Assembly (NCBI GenBank): GCA_963749705.1
Contig: CAVVNQ010000003.1
Span: forward strand, 544,001 to 608,000
From: an uncultured Chloroflexia bacterium
GTDB lineage: Bacteria; Chloroflexota; Limnocylindria; Limnocylindrales; CSP1-4
DNA length: 64,000 bases
Direction: 5' to 3'
The notes beneath the pieces were generated by a model. It saw nothing but the letters and a program-made list of their open reading frames with translations. It had not been told where the DNA came from and searched no databases. The position numbers and the translations under genes were made by a program. Below, piece after piece: positions 29,567 to 41,813 of this stretch. Numbering within the stretch: the stretch's first letter is position 1; the number at the start of each line of letters is the position of its first letter.

Positions 29567-31506
29567 GCGGGGCCGCCGGGGGCGCTCGGTGCGGGGTCCC
29601 GTGACGCGACCTTCTCGACCCGGATCGCGGTGGCCTTGAACTCGGCGGTACCGGATCGGGGATCGGTGGCATCGATGGTCAGCAGGTTGGTCGCCACGTC
29701 GTCCTGGAAGTGGAAGGTCATGAACGCGAGCCCGGGTCGCAGCGCAGGATCGGTCCGGACGGGTACCTCGACCCGGCCGCGTCGTGAGATCGCGCGGACG
29801 CGCTCGCCATCCGCCAGGCCGAGCCGGGCGATGTCCTCCGGTGACAGGTCAAGCGTCTCGCCACGCCGCCGAGGGTACCGGTAGCCGCCCGACTGCACAC
29901 CCGTGTTGTACGAGTCGAGGTGGCGCCCGGTGGTCAGGCGGATCGGGAAGTCGTCGTCGAGACGGTCGACCGGCGGGTCGTGCTCGACCGGGACGAACGG
30001 CGCCCGGTTGCCGGGAACGGGGTCCTCCCACAGCCGGGAGTGGAGGAACAGCTCGCCCGGGTGGCCCTCGTCATAGCACGGCCACTGCAGCCCGCCCTCG
30101 GCCTCGAGCCTCGCGTAGCTCATCCCGTGGAATGCCTGCGCCAGCGCTCGGACCTCGTTCCACACGGCCTCGGGGTCCGGATCACCCCAGTCCGCCCCCA
30201 TGCGCCGGGCGATCTCGAAGATGATCCACAGGTCGTCGCGGGCCTCGCCCGGCGGCGTCAGCGCCCGGTGGACGCGCTGGACCCGGCGCTCGCTGTTGGT
30301 GACCGTGCCCTCGCTCTCGGCCCATGCCGCAGCCGCCGGCAGCACGACGTCGGCGATCTCGGCCGTCCCGGTCAGGAAGATGTCCTGCACGACCAGGAGG
30401 TCGAGACCCCGCAGGCGGCGTTCGGTGAGATGTCGGTCCGCCTCCGACTGCATCGGGTTCTCGCCGATCACGTACAGCGCGGTCAGCTCGCCGCGATCCA
30501 TCGCCAGGAACATGTCGGACAGGTGCCAGCCGCGCTTCGGCGGCACGCGCACACCCCACAGCTGGTCGCACCGCTGGCGCGGCTCGTCCTGCTCCACGTG
30601 CTGGAAGCCGACCAGGCGGTCCGGCAGGGCGCCCATGTCGCCGCCACCCTGGACGTTGTTCTGGCCCCGGAGCGGGTTGAGGCCGCTGCCGTACTTCCCG
30701 ACGTGTCCGGTCAGCAGCGACAGGTTGATCAGCGCGAGCACGTTGTCGACCGCGTTGTGGTGCTCGGTGATCCCCAGCGTCCAGCAGATCATCGCGCGGC
30801 CCGCGCTGGCGTACGCGTGCGCCGCCTCGCGGATCGCCGCTGCGGGGACGCCGGTCTCGCGCTCCGCGAGCTCCAGCGTGTACGGCTCCACCGCGGCTCG
30901 GTAGGCGTCGAACCCGGACGTCGCCCGGTTGATGAACTCCGTGTCGGCGAGCCCTGCCGCGATGATCTCGCGGCCCATCGCGTTGGCCAGCGCGATGTCG
31001 GAGCCGACGTCGAGGCCGAGCCACAGGTCCGCCCACTCGGCGCTCGAGGTGCGGCGGGGGTCGATCGAGATCAGCCGCGCACCCCGACGCACCCCCTTGA
31101 GGAGGTGGTGGAAGAAGATCGGATGCGTCTCCCGGGCATTGCTGCCCCACAGGAGCACGAGATCCGTGTCCTCGACCTCACGATATGAGCTGGTACCGCC
31201 ACCAGCGCCGAACACGGTCGCCAGACCGGCGACAGATGGGGCGTGTCAGGTGCGGTTGCAGCTGTCGATGTTGTTGCTGCCCAGGACGGCCCGGGAGAGC
31301 TTCTGGGCCGCGAAGTTGACCTCGTTGGTCGACTTGCTGCAGCTGAAGATCCCGTATGTCCCGGAGCCGTGCGCCGCGCCCGCCGCCCGGAGCCCGGCGA
31401 CCGTCCGGTCCAGCGCCTCGTCCCACGTCGCGGGGCGGAGGACACCGGTGGCTCGATCGCCGTCGCGCACGAGCGGCGTGGTCAGGCGGACGTACTCCTT
31501 CGGCAC
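29563..31506 (-). CDS. fdhA: Selenocysteine-containing formate dehydrogenase catalytic (Mo/W-bisPGD) subunit
   Basis: The two track ORFs are in one frame, joined by TGA at 31246-31248 in SNNIDSCNRT-U-HAPSVAGL (active-site Cys/Sec-His). Also LRGQNNVQG, EGTVTNSERRVQ and LTTGR. Confidence 0.93.
31217..31233 (-). promoter_or_regulatory. Bacterial SECIS hairpin
   Basis: GTCGCC-GGTCT-GGCGAC stem-loop begins 12 nt after the UGA; GGU in the loop as in fdhF-type SECIS. Confidence 0.85.
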
Positions 31507-31594
31507 TGGCGTGACCTCGGGTAGGGAGTCCGATGCGCCGAGTGTAGATCCGACGGCAATGGCGGTGCGTCAGCGGGCCTCGGCGGAGCGCGGG

Positions 31595-32260
31595 TCAGTC
31601 ACCCGGCCGCTGGCCATAGTCGAGGAGCCGGTCGCGCACCCGGGCGATCTCGGCGTCGTCGAGGACCTCGGGCGTACCCAGCTGGAGCGCGCGCCGCCAG
31701 ACGCCGCACAGCCACTCCACGTCCGTGACGAGCGATGCCGCCGTCACGAGGTCAGGTCCGACGGCCACGGCCCCGTGGTTGGCCATCAGGCAGGCGAGAC
31801 CGGACGCTCCCAGCGTGGCGACGACGGCCCGGACGAGCTCGTCGGTGCCATACGTCGCGTACGGCGCGCACGGGAGCGTCGACGCGCCGAAACGGGCGAC
31901 AGCGAAACGGGCGACCACGTAGTGGATCGCCGGCACCGCCCGGCGCAGCGCCGCGGCCGCCGTCGCCTCCGGCGAATGCGTATGGACCACCGCGCCCACG
32001 TCGGGTCGGCGGTGCAGCGCAAGGTGGAGGCGCCACTCGCTGGTCGGGAGGCGGGATCCGGCGTCGAGCGGCGTGCCGTCGGCGTCGAGCAGGACGCCAT
32101 CGTCCGGCTCCATGCGGCTCGCGGGGATGCCGGTCGGGGTGACGAGGATGCCCCGGCCCACCCGCAGGCTCAGATTGCCCGACGCGTTGTGGTTGAGACC
32201 GGACGCCTCGAGCCGCCGCGCGGTTTCGACCAGGACACAACGCGCCTCAGCCTCGTCCAC
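31595..32260 (-). CDS. Class II aldolase (FucA/Ald2-like)
   Basis: SGNLSLR, PTSEWRLH, VHTHS and MANHG. Confidence 0.88.
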   Translation of the reverse strand: MDEAEARCVLVETARRLEASGLNHNASGNLSLRVGRGILVTPTGIPASRMEPDDGVLLDADGTPLDAGSRLPTSEWRLHLALHRRPDVGAVVHTHSPEATAAAALRRAVPAIHYVVARFAVARFGASTLPCAPYATYGTDELVRAVVATLGASGLACLMANHGAVAVGPDLVTAASLVTDVEWLCGVWRRALQLGTPEVLDDAEIARVRDRLLDYGQRPGD

Positions 32261-33284
32261 CGAGGACCTCCGGGAGCTGCGCCGCGTCGAGCAGGCCGCG
32301 GTCCGTCAGGTACCCGTCGATCAGACGGGCCGGGGTCACGTCGAACCCCCAGTTGCGGGCGCGGGTCCCGGCGGGGGCGATCGGGGCGCCGTTCACGTTC
32401 AGGACCTCCGCCTCGTCGCGCTCCTCGATCGGGATCGCGTCGCCCGATGGGGCGCCGGGGTCGAACGTGGACGCGGGCGCGGCCACGAGGAACGGCACCC
32501 CGGCGTCGCGGGCGGCCAACGCCTTGAGCACGGTCCCGATCTTGTTGGCGACGTCGCCATTGGCCGCGATCCGGTCGGCGCCCACGAGCACGATGTCGAC
32601 CACGCCGCTCCGGAGCAGGTGACCGGCGGCGTTGTCGACCACCAGGGTGTGCTCGACGCCGCCCTGGGCGAGCTCCCAGGTCGTGAGCGCGGCGCCCTGG
32701 TTGCGGGGTCTCGTCTCGGAGACCCACACGTGGACCGGGACGCCGGCCTCGCTGGAGACGTACACCGGAGCCAGCGCCGATCCCCACTCGACGCACGCCA
32801 GCCAGCCCGCGTTGCAGTGGGTGAGGACCTGGACCGGTCGCCCGGTCCGTTCGTGGATCGCGCGCAGGAGCGGGAGCCCGGCCTCGCCGATCCGCCGGCT
32901 GCCGGCGGCGTCCTCGTCGGCGATCGCCTGGGCGAGCCGGCGCGCCGCGCCGGCGCGCGCATCGGCGGGCAGGGGCGCCAGGGTGTCGCCCATCCGGTCC
33001 AGCGCCCACCGGAGGTTGACGGCCGTGGGCCGGGTGGCGGCCAGCTTCGTCCGCGCCTCGCCGAGCGATTCCGGATCCTCGCGCATCGCGAGCGCGACGC
33101 CGTGCGCGGCTGCCACGCCGATCAGGGGCGCACCGCGGATCTGCATGGTCGCGATCCCCGCCACCGCATCATCGAGCGTCCGCCAGGTCGCGGTGACGGC
33201 CGCCCCGGGCAGCCGCCGCTGGTCGACCACCACCACCGGCGCGTCGTCGTCGTCGTCCTGCCACCAGATCGAGCGCGTGAACAC
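32247..33284 (-). CDS. mtnA: S-methyl-5-thioribose-1-phosphate isomerase
   Basis: DQRRLP, MQIRGAP, TRPTAVNL, THCNAG, ETRPRNQG, GADRIAANGDVANKIGT and FDVTP. Confidence 0.93.
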   Translation of the reverse strand: MFTRSIWWQDDDDDAPVVVVDQRRLPGAAVTATWRTLDDAVAGIATMQIRGAPLIGVAAAHGVALAMREDPESLGEARTKLAATRPTAVNLRWALDRMGDTLAPLPADARAGAARRLAQAIADEDAAGSRRIGEAGLPLLRAIHERTGRPVQVLTHCNAGWLACVEWGSALAPVYVSSEAGVPVHVWVSETRPRNQGAALTTWELAQGGVEHTLVVDNAAGHLLRSGVVDIVLVGADRIAANGDVANKIGTVLKALAARDAGVPFLVAAPASTFDPGAPSGDAIPIEERDEAEVLNVNGAPIAPAGTRARNWGFDVTPARLIDGYLTDRGLLDAAQLPEVLGGRG

Positions 33285-33467
33285 GGATCGCAGCGTACTC
33301 CGCGCGACCCGTCGTGACGGTCCGGGCTGCGCCCGCGAGCCGCGCGGGCGCTCACCAGCTCGCCCGCCGCCCGCGGAGCGAGACAGCCTGCCGCGACAGC
33401 CATATCCAGCGTCTAGGCTGTCGCCCGACGCACCCGCATTGGGTTGGAGATCCGTGTCCCAGGTCGA

Positions 33468-34657
<1,190 letters not shown>

Positions 34658-34661
<4 letters not shown>

Positions 34662-35845
34662 GCGATCCGGGTCCGGTCATGCGTCGGGGACGGCCGATGA
34701 GCCGCCGAATGATCCTGAGGGGAATGGCCGGCGTCGGCGGTGCCGCGGTGTTCGGCCCGGTCCTGGCCGCCTGCTCCGGCAGCAGCCCGACGCCGTCACC
34801 CGCGACGTCATCCGCCCCAGAGGCCTCGACCGCCGCGTCCGCGGCACCGACCCCCGAACCGACCGCGACGCCCCAGCCCACGCCCGAGGGCGAGCTGTTC
34901 GTCTACAACTGGGCCGACTACATCGGTGAGGACACGATCTCCAAGTTCCAGGACAAGTACGGGATCTCGGTCAAGTACGACTTCTTCGACAGCGCCGAGA
35001 CCATGACCGCCAAGATCGCGACCGGGAACAGCGGCTACGACGTCACGTTCCCCACCTCGACGTACATCAAGGGGTTCGTCGACCAGGGGTTCATCCAGCC
35101 CCTGGACCTGAGCCTGATCCCCAATGCATCCAACCTGGGCGCCGAGTGGAAGGATCCGGGCTACGACCCGGGCAACCAGCACTCGATGCCGTACATGTGG
35201 TGGACGACCGGCGTCGCCTACGACACCGCGAAGGTCGACCAGGAGCTCACCTCGTGGTCCGCCCTGTGGGACGCGAAGTGGAAGGGCAAGATGGCGATGC
35301 TCGACGACGTTCGCGAGGTGTTCGCCGCCGCCCTCATCCGGCTGGGCTACGACATCAACACCACGGACGACGCCAAGCTCGACGAGGCGCTCGCGATGCT
35401 CCAGCAGCAGAAGCCGCTGCTGCGGACGTACACCACGGACGACATCGGCGTCCTCTCGACGGGAGACGTGTGGGTGATGCACGCCTGGGGAGCGGACGTC
35501 TACCAGGTCCAGTCGGAGCGAGACACGGTCGTCTACTACATCCCCGAGGAGGGCGGCGTCCGCGGCTCGGACACGATGGTGCTGCTCGCCAACGCGCCCC
35601 ACCCGGTGGCCGCGAACCTGTTCATCAACTTCATGCTCGATGCCGAGGTCAGCGCCGCGAACACGAACTACATCGGCTACATGGGCCCCAACGAGGCGGC
35701 CAAGGCGTTCATCTCCCCGGACATCCTGGGCGACCCGACGGTCAACCCGGACGCGGCGCTGGTGGCCAAGCTCCAGGAGATCCTCGACCTCGGCGCCGAC
35801 GAGGAGAAGTACACCTCCCGGTACACGCAGCTGCGCGCCGGCTGA
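34658..35845 (+). CDS. potD: PotD/PotF-like substrate-binding Tat lipoprotein
   Basis: SRRMILRG...LAAC; YNWADYI, PYMWWTTG and YYIPEEGG. Confidence 0.85.
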
Positions 35846-35887
35846 CGCCGGCCACGGCGCGGCTCACGACGACGGCGAGGACACCGG

Positions 35888-36733
35888 GTGCGGCGCGCCT
35901 GGCTGCGTGACACGATCCTGCTCGGGCCGGGCATGGCGTGGCTGGTCCTGTTCTTCGCCGTGCCCCTCGCCATCATCTTCGTCGTCAGCCTCGGGACCCG
36001 CGACCAGTACGGTGGCGTCCTGTTCGACCACCTGGGCTTCCAGAACTACGGGCGCGCGCTCGAGCCGGACTTCCTGCCCACCGTCGCCAACTCGTTCAAG
36101 TACTCGATCCTGACCACGGTCTTCTCGATCGTCATCGCCTACCCGATCGCGTACTGGATCAGCCGCTACGGCGGGCGCCGCAAGGCCCTGCTGATCGTCC
36201 TGGTGATGCTCCCGTTCTGGACGAGCTGGGTGATCCGGACGTACGCCTGGATGATCATCCTGCGCGACAACGGGGTCGTGAACAGCATCCTCGAGGTGAT
36301 CGGGCTGCCGGGCCCGATCCAGCTGCTCAACACGGACCTGGCCGTGGTCCTGGGCATGACGTACGGCTTCCTGCCGTTCGCGATCCTGCCGCTCTACGTG
36401 TCGATCGATCGCCTCGACCCGGCCCTCGTCCACGCGGCCCGCGATCTGTACGCGAACGGGCGGGCCGCGTTCCTCCACGTGACGCTGCCGCTCACGATGC
36501 CGGGCATCATCGCGGCCGCCCTGCTCACCTTCATCCCCGCCATCGGTGACTTCGTCACCCCCGACCTGCTGGGTGGCGCCCAGACGACGACGATCGCCAA
36601 GATCGTCCAGACCCTGTTCCTGTCGGCCCGCGACTGGCCGTTCGGGGCGGCCCTCGGGTTCCTGCTGATCGTGGTCACGATCGTCGGGACGGTCGGCGGG
36701 CTGCGGTTCCTGCGCCGCGAGGTCATCGGCTGA
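35888..36733 (+). CDS. potB: PotB-like ABC permease
   Basis: LPFWTSWVIRTYAW and AARDLYA...VTLPLTMPG. Confidence 0.85.
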   Translation: MRRAWLRDTILLGPGMAWLVLFFAVPLAIIFVVSLGTRDQYGGVLFDHLGFQNYGRALEPDFLPTVANSFKYSILTTVFSIVIAYPIAYWISRYGGRRKALLIVLVMLPFWTSWVIRTYAWMIILRDNGVVNSILEVIGLPGPIQLLNTDLAVVLGMTYGFLPFAILPLYVSIDRLDPALVHAARDLYANGRAAFLHVTLPLTMPGIIAAALLTFIPAIGDFVTPDLLGGAQTTTIAKIVQTLFLSARDWPFGAALGFLLIVVTIVGTVGGLRFLRREVIG

Positions 36734-37539
36734 TGCGTGCGGAGCGCAATCCGTTCCTGACCGTCTACGCCTGGATCGTCTACCTGTTCCTGTTCGCGCC
36801 GATCGTGATCCTGATCCTGTTCAGCTTCAACGACTCCAAGCGCAACTTCGCGTGGCGCGGGTTCACGCTCAAGTGGTACCCGGAGCTGTTCGCGAACGAG
36901 GCGCTCCTGGGGGCGCTGTGGGTGACGCTCCAGGTGGCCCTGATCGCGGTGGTCGTGACGACGATCCTGGGCACGCTGCTCGGCCTGGGGCTTGCCCGGC
37001 TCCGGACGAACCCGACGGCGGCTGCATTGTCGGACACCCTGATCCTGCTGCCGATGGTGACCCCGGAGGTCGTCATGGGCATCAGCCTGCTGCTGTTCTT
37101 CGCCCTGCTGTTCAACGCCAACGGCTCAATCTGGCAGATCGCGATCGCCCACATCGCGTTCTCGATCAGCTACGTCGCGATCATCGTGCGGGCCCGGGCG
37201 GTCTCGCTCGATCCGCGGATGGAGGAGGCTGCGCGCGACCTCGGGGCCACGCCGCGAGTGGCCTTCCTGCGCGTCACGCTGCCGCTGATGATGCCCGCGG
37301 TGGCGGCGGGCGCGCTCGTCTCGTTCGCGCTCTCGTTCGACGACCTGATCATCACCTCGTTCAACGCCGGCGTGGGGTCGTCGACCCTGCCGCTGTACAT
37401 CTACTCACGGATCCGGTTCGGCGTGACGCCCGAGATCAACGCGATCTCGACCATCGTCGTCGTGACCACCGGCGTGATGGTCCTCGTGGCCACGCAGATC
37501 GGCGCCCGGCGCGAGCGGCGGCGCCAGGCACAGGAGTAG
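36733..37539 (+). CDS. potC: PotC-like ABC permease
   Basis: GFTLKWY, EEAARDLGA, FALSFDD and GVTPEINAIST. Confidence 0.85.
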   Translation: MRAERNPFLTVYAWIVYLFLFAPIVILILFSFNDSKRNFAWRGFTLKWYPELFANEALLGALWVTLQVALIAVVVTTILGTLLGLGLARLRTNPTAAALSDTLILLPMVTPEVVMGISLLLFFALLFNANGSIWQIAIAHIAFSISYVAIIVRARAVSLDPRMEEAARDLGATPRVAFLRVTLPLMMPAVAAGALVSFALSFDDLIITSFNAGVGSSTLPLYIYSRIRFGVTPEINAISTIVVVTTGVMVLVATQIGARRERRRQAQE

Positions 37540-37629
37540 CGCGTCCCGACCAGCAAGGAGCCCGGCCATGGCCATCTCGGACGCGCCCAAGCCCGCAAGC
37601 CCGCGACTCGCCCGCATGGAGGCACGCGT

Positions 37630-39138
37630 GTGAGCACGCTGCTGCGCGTCCTGGCCGACGGCGACTGGGCGACGATCCACGAGCAGACGCTGGCCGTGCT
37701 GGCGCGGACCGGGATGCGGGTCGACTCCGGGCGTGCCCGCCGGATCCTGGCCGCCGCCGGCGCGAGCGTCGACGATGGTGCCGCGCGGGTCCGCTTCCCG
37801 CGCGCGCTGGTGGAAGCGTCGCTGTCCGCCGCACCCCGGCAGCTCTCGCTCGGCGGCCGGCGGCCCGGCTTCGCCCTGCCGATGAACGCGGGCGAATGCA
37901 CGCTCATGCCCGACGGCGAATCGACCGCGGTGTTCGACACGGCCACGGGGATCCGGCGCCAGTCCACCCGTGAGGACTGGGAGGCGGCGACCGCGCTGAT
38001 CGACACGATCGACGAGGTCGGGGTGTACTGGCGCGTGGTGACCGCCGGTCTCGAGGGCAGCGGGCCCGGCCCGGCGGTGGCGCACTGGATCGCCACGCTC
38101 CGACGGTTCTCCAAGCACGTCCAGGACGTCGCCGCCAGCGAGGCCGAGGCACGCTGGCTGCTGGAGGTGCTGGGCACCGTGTTCGGCGGCCGTGCGGTCG
38201 TCCGTCGCGACCATCCGTTCTCGCTCCTGTTCTGCCCCGTGTCGCCGCTGGGCATGGAGGCGGAGTTCACCGACGCGATCCTCGAGACCGCGGGCTGGGA
38301 CATCCCGGTCGCGGTGATGCCGATGCCGATGATGGGCTCGTCGGCGCCAACCGGACTGCGGTCCACCATTGTCCTCGGCAACGCCGAGGTGCTCGGTACG
38401 CTGTGCCTGGTCCAGGCGTCGGCGCCGGGCACGCCGTTCATCTATGCCCCCGCGCTTGCGGTGATGGACCCGCGATCGGGACGCTGGGGCGGCGGCGCGG
38501 TGGAGCATGCGTTGCTGGGGGCCGCGACCACCGAGATGGCCCGCGGCTACGGCCTGCCCGTCACGGCCTCGAACGGCGGGACGGACCACTGGGTGCCCGG
38601 GATCCAGGCGGCGTACGAACGGACGCTCAACTGGAGCCTGCCGGTCCTGTCGTGGCCGGACATCCTGGTCGGCCCCGGGTCGCTGGGCGGCGCATCCACG
38701 CTGTGCCTGGAGCAGCTGGTGATCGATGTCGAGGTGTACCGGGCCTGCCGCCGGCTGCACGAGGGGATCGGCGGCGGTCGCGGCGAGGACGACGTGGTCG
38801 CGGCCATCGAGGAGGTCGGCCCGATGGGCGACTTCCTCAGCCGGACCGCGACGCGCGACGCCGCTCGGGGCGGGGAATGGATGATCCCGCGCCTCGGCTC
38901 GCACGACACGTTCGAGCGATGGGACGCGGCCGGCCGCCCGGACATCGTCGACGAGGCTCGAGAGACCGTGGCCGCCGCGCTGGCCGGCCACGTCCCGCTG
39001 CCCATGGACGAGGCCGTCGTCGTCGAGCTCGGACGGATCGAGGCGCGGGCACGCGCGGCAACATCAGGGTCGGCGGGGTCGGTCCCGGCGTCGTCGGTCC
39101 GGGCGAGGGCATCCACGCGGGATCGGGCCGCGGAGTGA
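37630..39138 (+). CDS. Trimethylamine methyltransferase (MttB) superfamily protein, non-pyrrolysine
   Basis: IHEQTLAVLARTG, CPVSPL, GSSAPTGL.S...GNAEVL, PGTPFIY, YGLP and EQLVIDVE. The true start may be 37568 via a frameshift. Confidence 0.88.
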   Translation: MSTLLRVLADGDWATIHEQTLAVLARTGMRVDSGRARRILAAAGASVDDGAARVRFPRALVEASLSAAPRQLSLGGRRPGFALPMNAGECTLMPDGESTAVFDTATGIRRQSTREDWEAATALIDTIDEVGVYWRVVTAGLEGSGPGPAVAHWIATLRRFSKHVQDVAASEAEARWLLEVLGTVFGGRAVVRRDHPFSLLFCPVSPLGMEAEFTDAILETAGWDIPVAVMPMPMMGSSAPTGLRSTIVLGNAEVLGTLCLVQASAPGTPFIYAPALAVMDPRSGRWGGGAVEHALLGAATTEMARGYGLPVTASNGGTDHWVPGIQAAYERTLNWSLPVLSWPDILVGPGSLGGASTLCLEQLVIDVEVYRACRRLHEGIGGGRGEDDVVAAIEEVGPMGDFLSRTATRDAARGGEWMIPRLGSHDTFERWDAAGRPDIVDEARETVAAALAGHVPLPMDEAVVVELGRIEARARAATSGSAGSVPASSVRARASTRDRAAE

Positions 39139-39146
39139 GGTGATCG

Positions 39147-40583
39147 ATGCGCTACGAGGCACGGTTCCTGAGCGATGCGGAGCAGGCACGGGTCCACGAG
39201 ACGTCGTTGCGGATCCTGGCGGAGGTCGGCGTCCGGGTGCATGGCGACGTGGCGCCACGCTTGCTCGCGGCGGCCGGGGCAGAGGTTGATGCGGAGACGG
39301 GGACCGCGCGGATCCCCTCGGGGCTCGTGGATGCGGCGCTGGCCCGCGCCCCGCGCGCGTTCACCCTCGGGGCGCGCAACCCGGCGCTTGACTACCCGCT
39401 GCCATCGGCCGTCACCCGGTTCGCGATGGATGGCACGGCTGCGTTCACCCAGGACTTCGCGACCGGCGAACGGCGGTACGGCGCCCGGCAGGACATCGTG
39501 GACGCGATGCGGATCCTCCAGGCGTGCGACCTGGCGGTCATGGGCTGGCCGCCGGTCGCGGCCTCGGACCGGCCCGTCGGCTCGCGGCCGGTCCACGAGT
39601 TCGTGGCGATGCTCGGTGCGTCCTCGATGCACGGCCAGCACGAGCTCCATCGGCGTGATCAGGCGCCCTTCCTGGCCGCCGCGCTGACCTCGATCGCGGG
39701 CGGCGAGGACCGCGTCCGGGAGCGCCACGAGGCGTCCGTCGTCTACTGCCCGGTCGCCCCGCTCGTCCATGACGGCGAGATGCTCGACGCGTACCTGGAC
39801 CTGGGGGCGCTCGACGTCCCGGTGATGGTGATGCCGATGCCCGTGCCCGGGACCACCGGACCGGCGGCGGTGCTGGGCAACATCGCGCTGGCCAACGCAG
39901 AGGCGCTGTCCGCGTTCGTCATCTTCCAGGTGGCCAACCCCGGGCGGCCGATGGTCTACAGCAGCGCGGTGGGGTCGATGGACTTCCGGACGGGGAACTT
40001 CCTGGCCGGCACGCCCGAGATGGGCATCCAGTCAGCCGCGCTCACCACGATGGGCCGCTTCTACGGGTTGCCGACCGCCGGCGCCGGCTGTGCGTCCGAT
40101 GCCCACGAGCCGGGCCCCGAGGCCTGCATCGAGAAGCTGATCACGATGCTCCCGTCGGTGTCGGCGGGGGCCGACATCGTGGTCGGCTACGGCGAGATCG
40201 ACGGCGACCAGACGCTGCTGCTGGAGCAGGTTCTGGTCGACAACGAGCTCGCCCACCTCGCGCTCCGCCTGGTCGACGGGGTGGACGGACGTGACGGCGC
40301 CGAGCTGTTCGACGACGTGGTCGAGGTCGGACCGGGCGGCAACTTCCTGACCCTCGAGGCGACCCGACGCGCGGCGCGGAGCGGCGAGTTCTACGAGCCG
40401 TCGCTGATCGGACGCACGCCCTGGGAGTCGTGGCAGGGGCTCGGGCGGCCGTCGATGTACGGACGGGCTCGCGAGCGGGTCCGGGAGATCCTCGACGCTC
40501 CGATGGTCGACCCGCTGCCGGATCCGATCGTCGCGGAGCTCGACCGGATCCTCGCGGAGGCGGACCTGGCGCTCAACGACTAG
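39147..40583 (+). CDS. MttB superfamily methyltransferase, non-pyrrolysine
   Basis: VHETSLRILAEVG, CPVAPL, GTTGPA...NAEALS, MDFRTG, FYGLP and VGPGGNFL. Confidence 0.88.
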   Translation: MRYEARFLSDAEQARVHETSLRILAEVGVRVHGDVAPRLLAAAGAEVDAETGTARIPSGLVDAALARAPRAFTLGARNPALDYPLPSAVTRFAMDGTAAFTQDFATGERRYGARQDIVDAMRILQACDLAVMGWPPVAASDRPVGSRPVHEFVAMLGASSMHGQHELHRRDQAPFLAAALTSIAGGEDRVRERHEASVVYCPVAPLVHDGEMLDAYLDLGALDVPVMVMPMPVPGTTGPAAVLGNIALANAEALSAFVIFQVANPGRPMVYSSAVGSMDFRTGNFLAGTPEMGIQSAALTTMGRFYGLPTAGAGCASDAHEPGPEACIEKLITMLPSVSAGADIVVGYGEIDGDQTLLLEQVLVDNELAHLALRLVDGVDGRDGAELFDDVVEVGPGGNFLTLEATRRAARSGEFYEPSLIGRTPWESWQGLGRPSMYGRARERVREILDAPMVDPLPDPIVAELDRILAEADLALND

Positions 40584-40622
40584 CCTCGGCGGGCTCGACG
40601 AGCACCAGGCCACGACCCCGGA

Positions 40623-41688
40623 TCAGCGAAGCGCGACGCCCTCGCCGGCTTCCACGTGGCCGACCCGCCAGGCGTCGACACCGGCAGCGGCGAGGTCCGC
40701 CTCAACGGCCGCCAGCCGGTCCGCCGGGATCGCGGCCAGCAACCCACCCGAGGTCTGCGGGTCGTGGGCGAGTGCGACGAGCCGCCGGGCTCACGCCGTC
40801 CGCGATCGACAGCGACGGCGCCGTGAACCGGCGGTTGTGCCCGGCGCCGTCGGTCTCGTGGCCGCCAAGCGCCAGCTCGAGCGCGCCATCGAGCACCGGC
40901 AGGGCGGCCGCATCGAACACCAGCCTTGCCCCGCTGGCCCGCGCCATCTCCAGCCCATGGCCCAGGAGCCCGAACCCGGTCACGTCGGTCGCGCCCCGGA
41001 TCTCGTGCCGGACCAGCACCTCGGACGCCGCCCGGTTGAGGGTCCGCATCTGGGCGATCGCCGCGGCCAGCTCCGCGTCGCTGGTCCGACCCTGCCGGCG
41101 GCCGCTGACCAGCAGCCCGGTTCCCAGCCGCTTGGTCAGCAGCAGCACGTCACCGGGATCTGCCCCGCCCTTGCGGAACAGGTGGTCCGGGTGGGCGGCG
41201 CCGATCACCGCCAGCCCGTACTTCGGCTCCGCGTCCCGGATCGTGTGCCCGCCGGCGAGGATCCCGCCCGCCTCGCGGACCTTGCCGGCGGCCGCCTCGA
41301 ACACGGCGGCGAGGGCCGCCTTCGGGAAGTCCTCGGGAAACGCCGCGATCGACAGCGCGAACAGGACCCGCCCGCCCATCGCGAACACGTCGGACAGCGC
41401 GTTGGCCGCGGCGATCTCGCCGTACGCCACCGGGTCGTCCACGAGCGGCGGGAAGAAGTCGAGCGTGCCCAGGATCGCGAGATCGTCGGACACCCGGTAG
41501 GCGGCGGCGTCGTCGGGCGGCTCGAGGCCGGCCAGGAGCGCGGGATCGGCGGCACCTGCGCCCGCGCCCAGCCCGGCGAGCGCCTCGGCGAGCAGGTCGG
41601 CACCGAGCTTCGCGGCACAGCCACCGCAATCGGTCATCTCGGTCAGGCGGATGCGGCGGGCGGCGTCGGGGCGGGATGCGGTGGACAT
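40623..41688 (-). CDS. selD: Selenophosphate synthetase (Cys form; apparent frameshift near 40782)
   Basis: CGGCAAKL, DDAA, TLDFFPP, NALSDVFAMGG, GGHT and TDVTGFGLLGH. The DPQTSGGLL motif continues in the shifted frame to TGA at 40623. Confidence 0.93.
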
Positions 41689-41813
41689 GGCTCGATCATA
41701 CGGGCGCCGGGGCCGACTCCCGACGATGGCCGCCGGCGCATCGCTCGATCCGCGGGGCTCCGGCCGGACCGGCGGCGCGTCCGCACCTCCGGCGCACCAT
41801 AATCGGCCGGCGG

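Noticed and set aside
31246-31506. 86-aa ORF as a separate gene, or fdhA as a pseudogene
   Set aside because: It is the N-terminus of fdhA. The TGA sits at the Sec position, with a SECIS and full sel machinery present.
41610-41640. Selenocysteine in SelD
   Set aside because: The motif is encoded with Cys codons (CGGCAAK) and contains no UGA.
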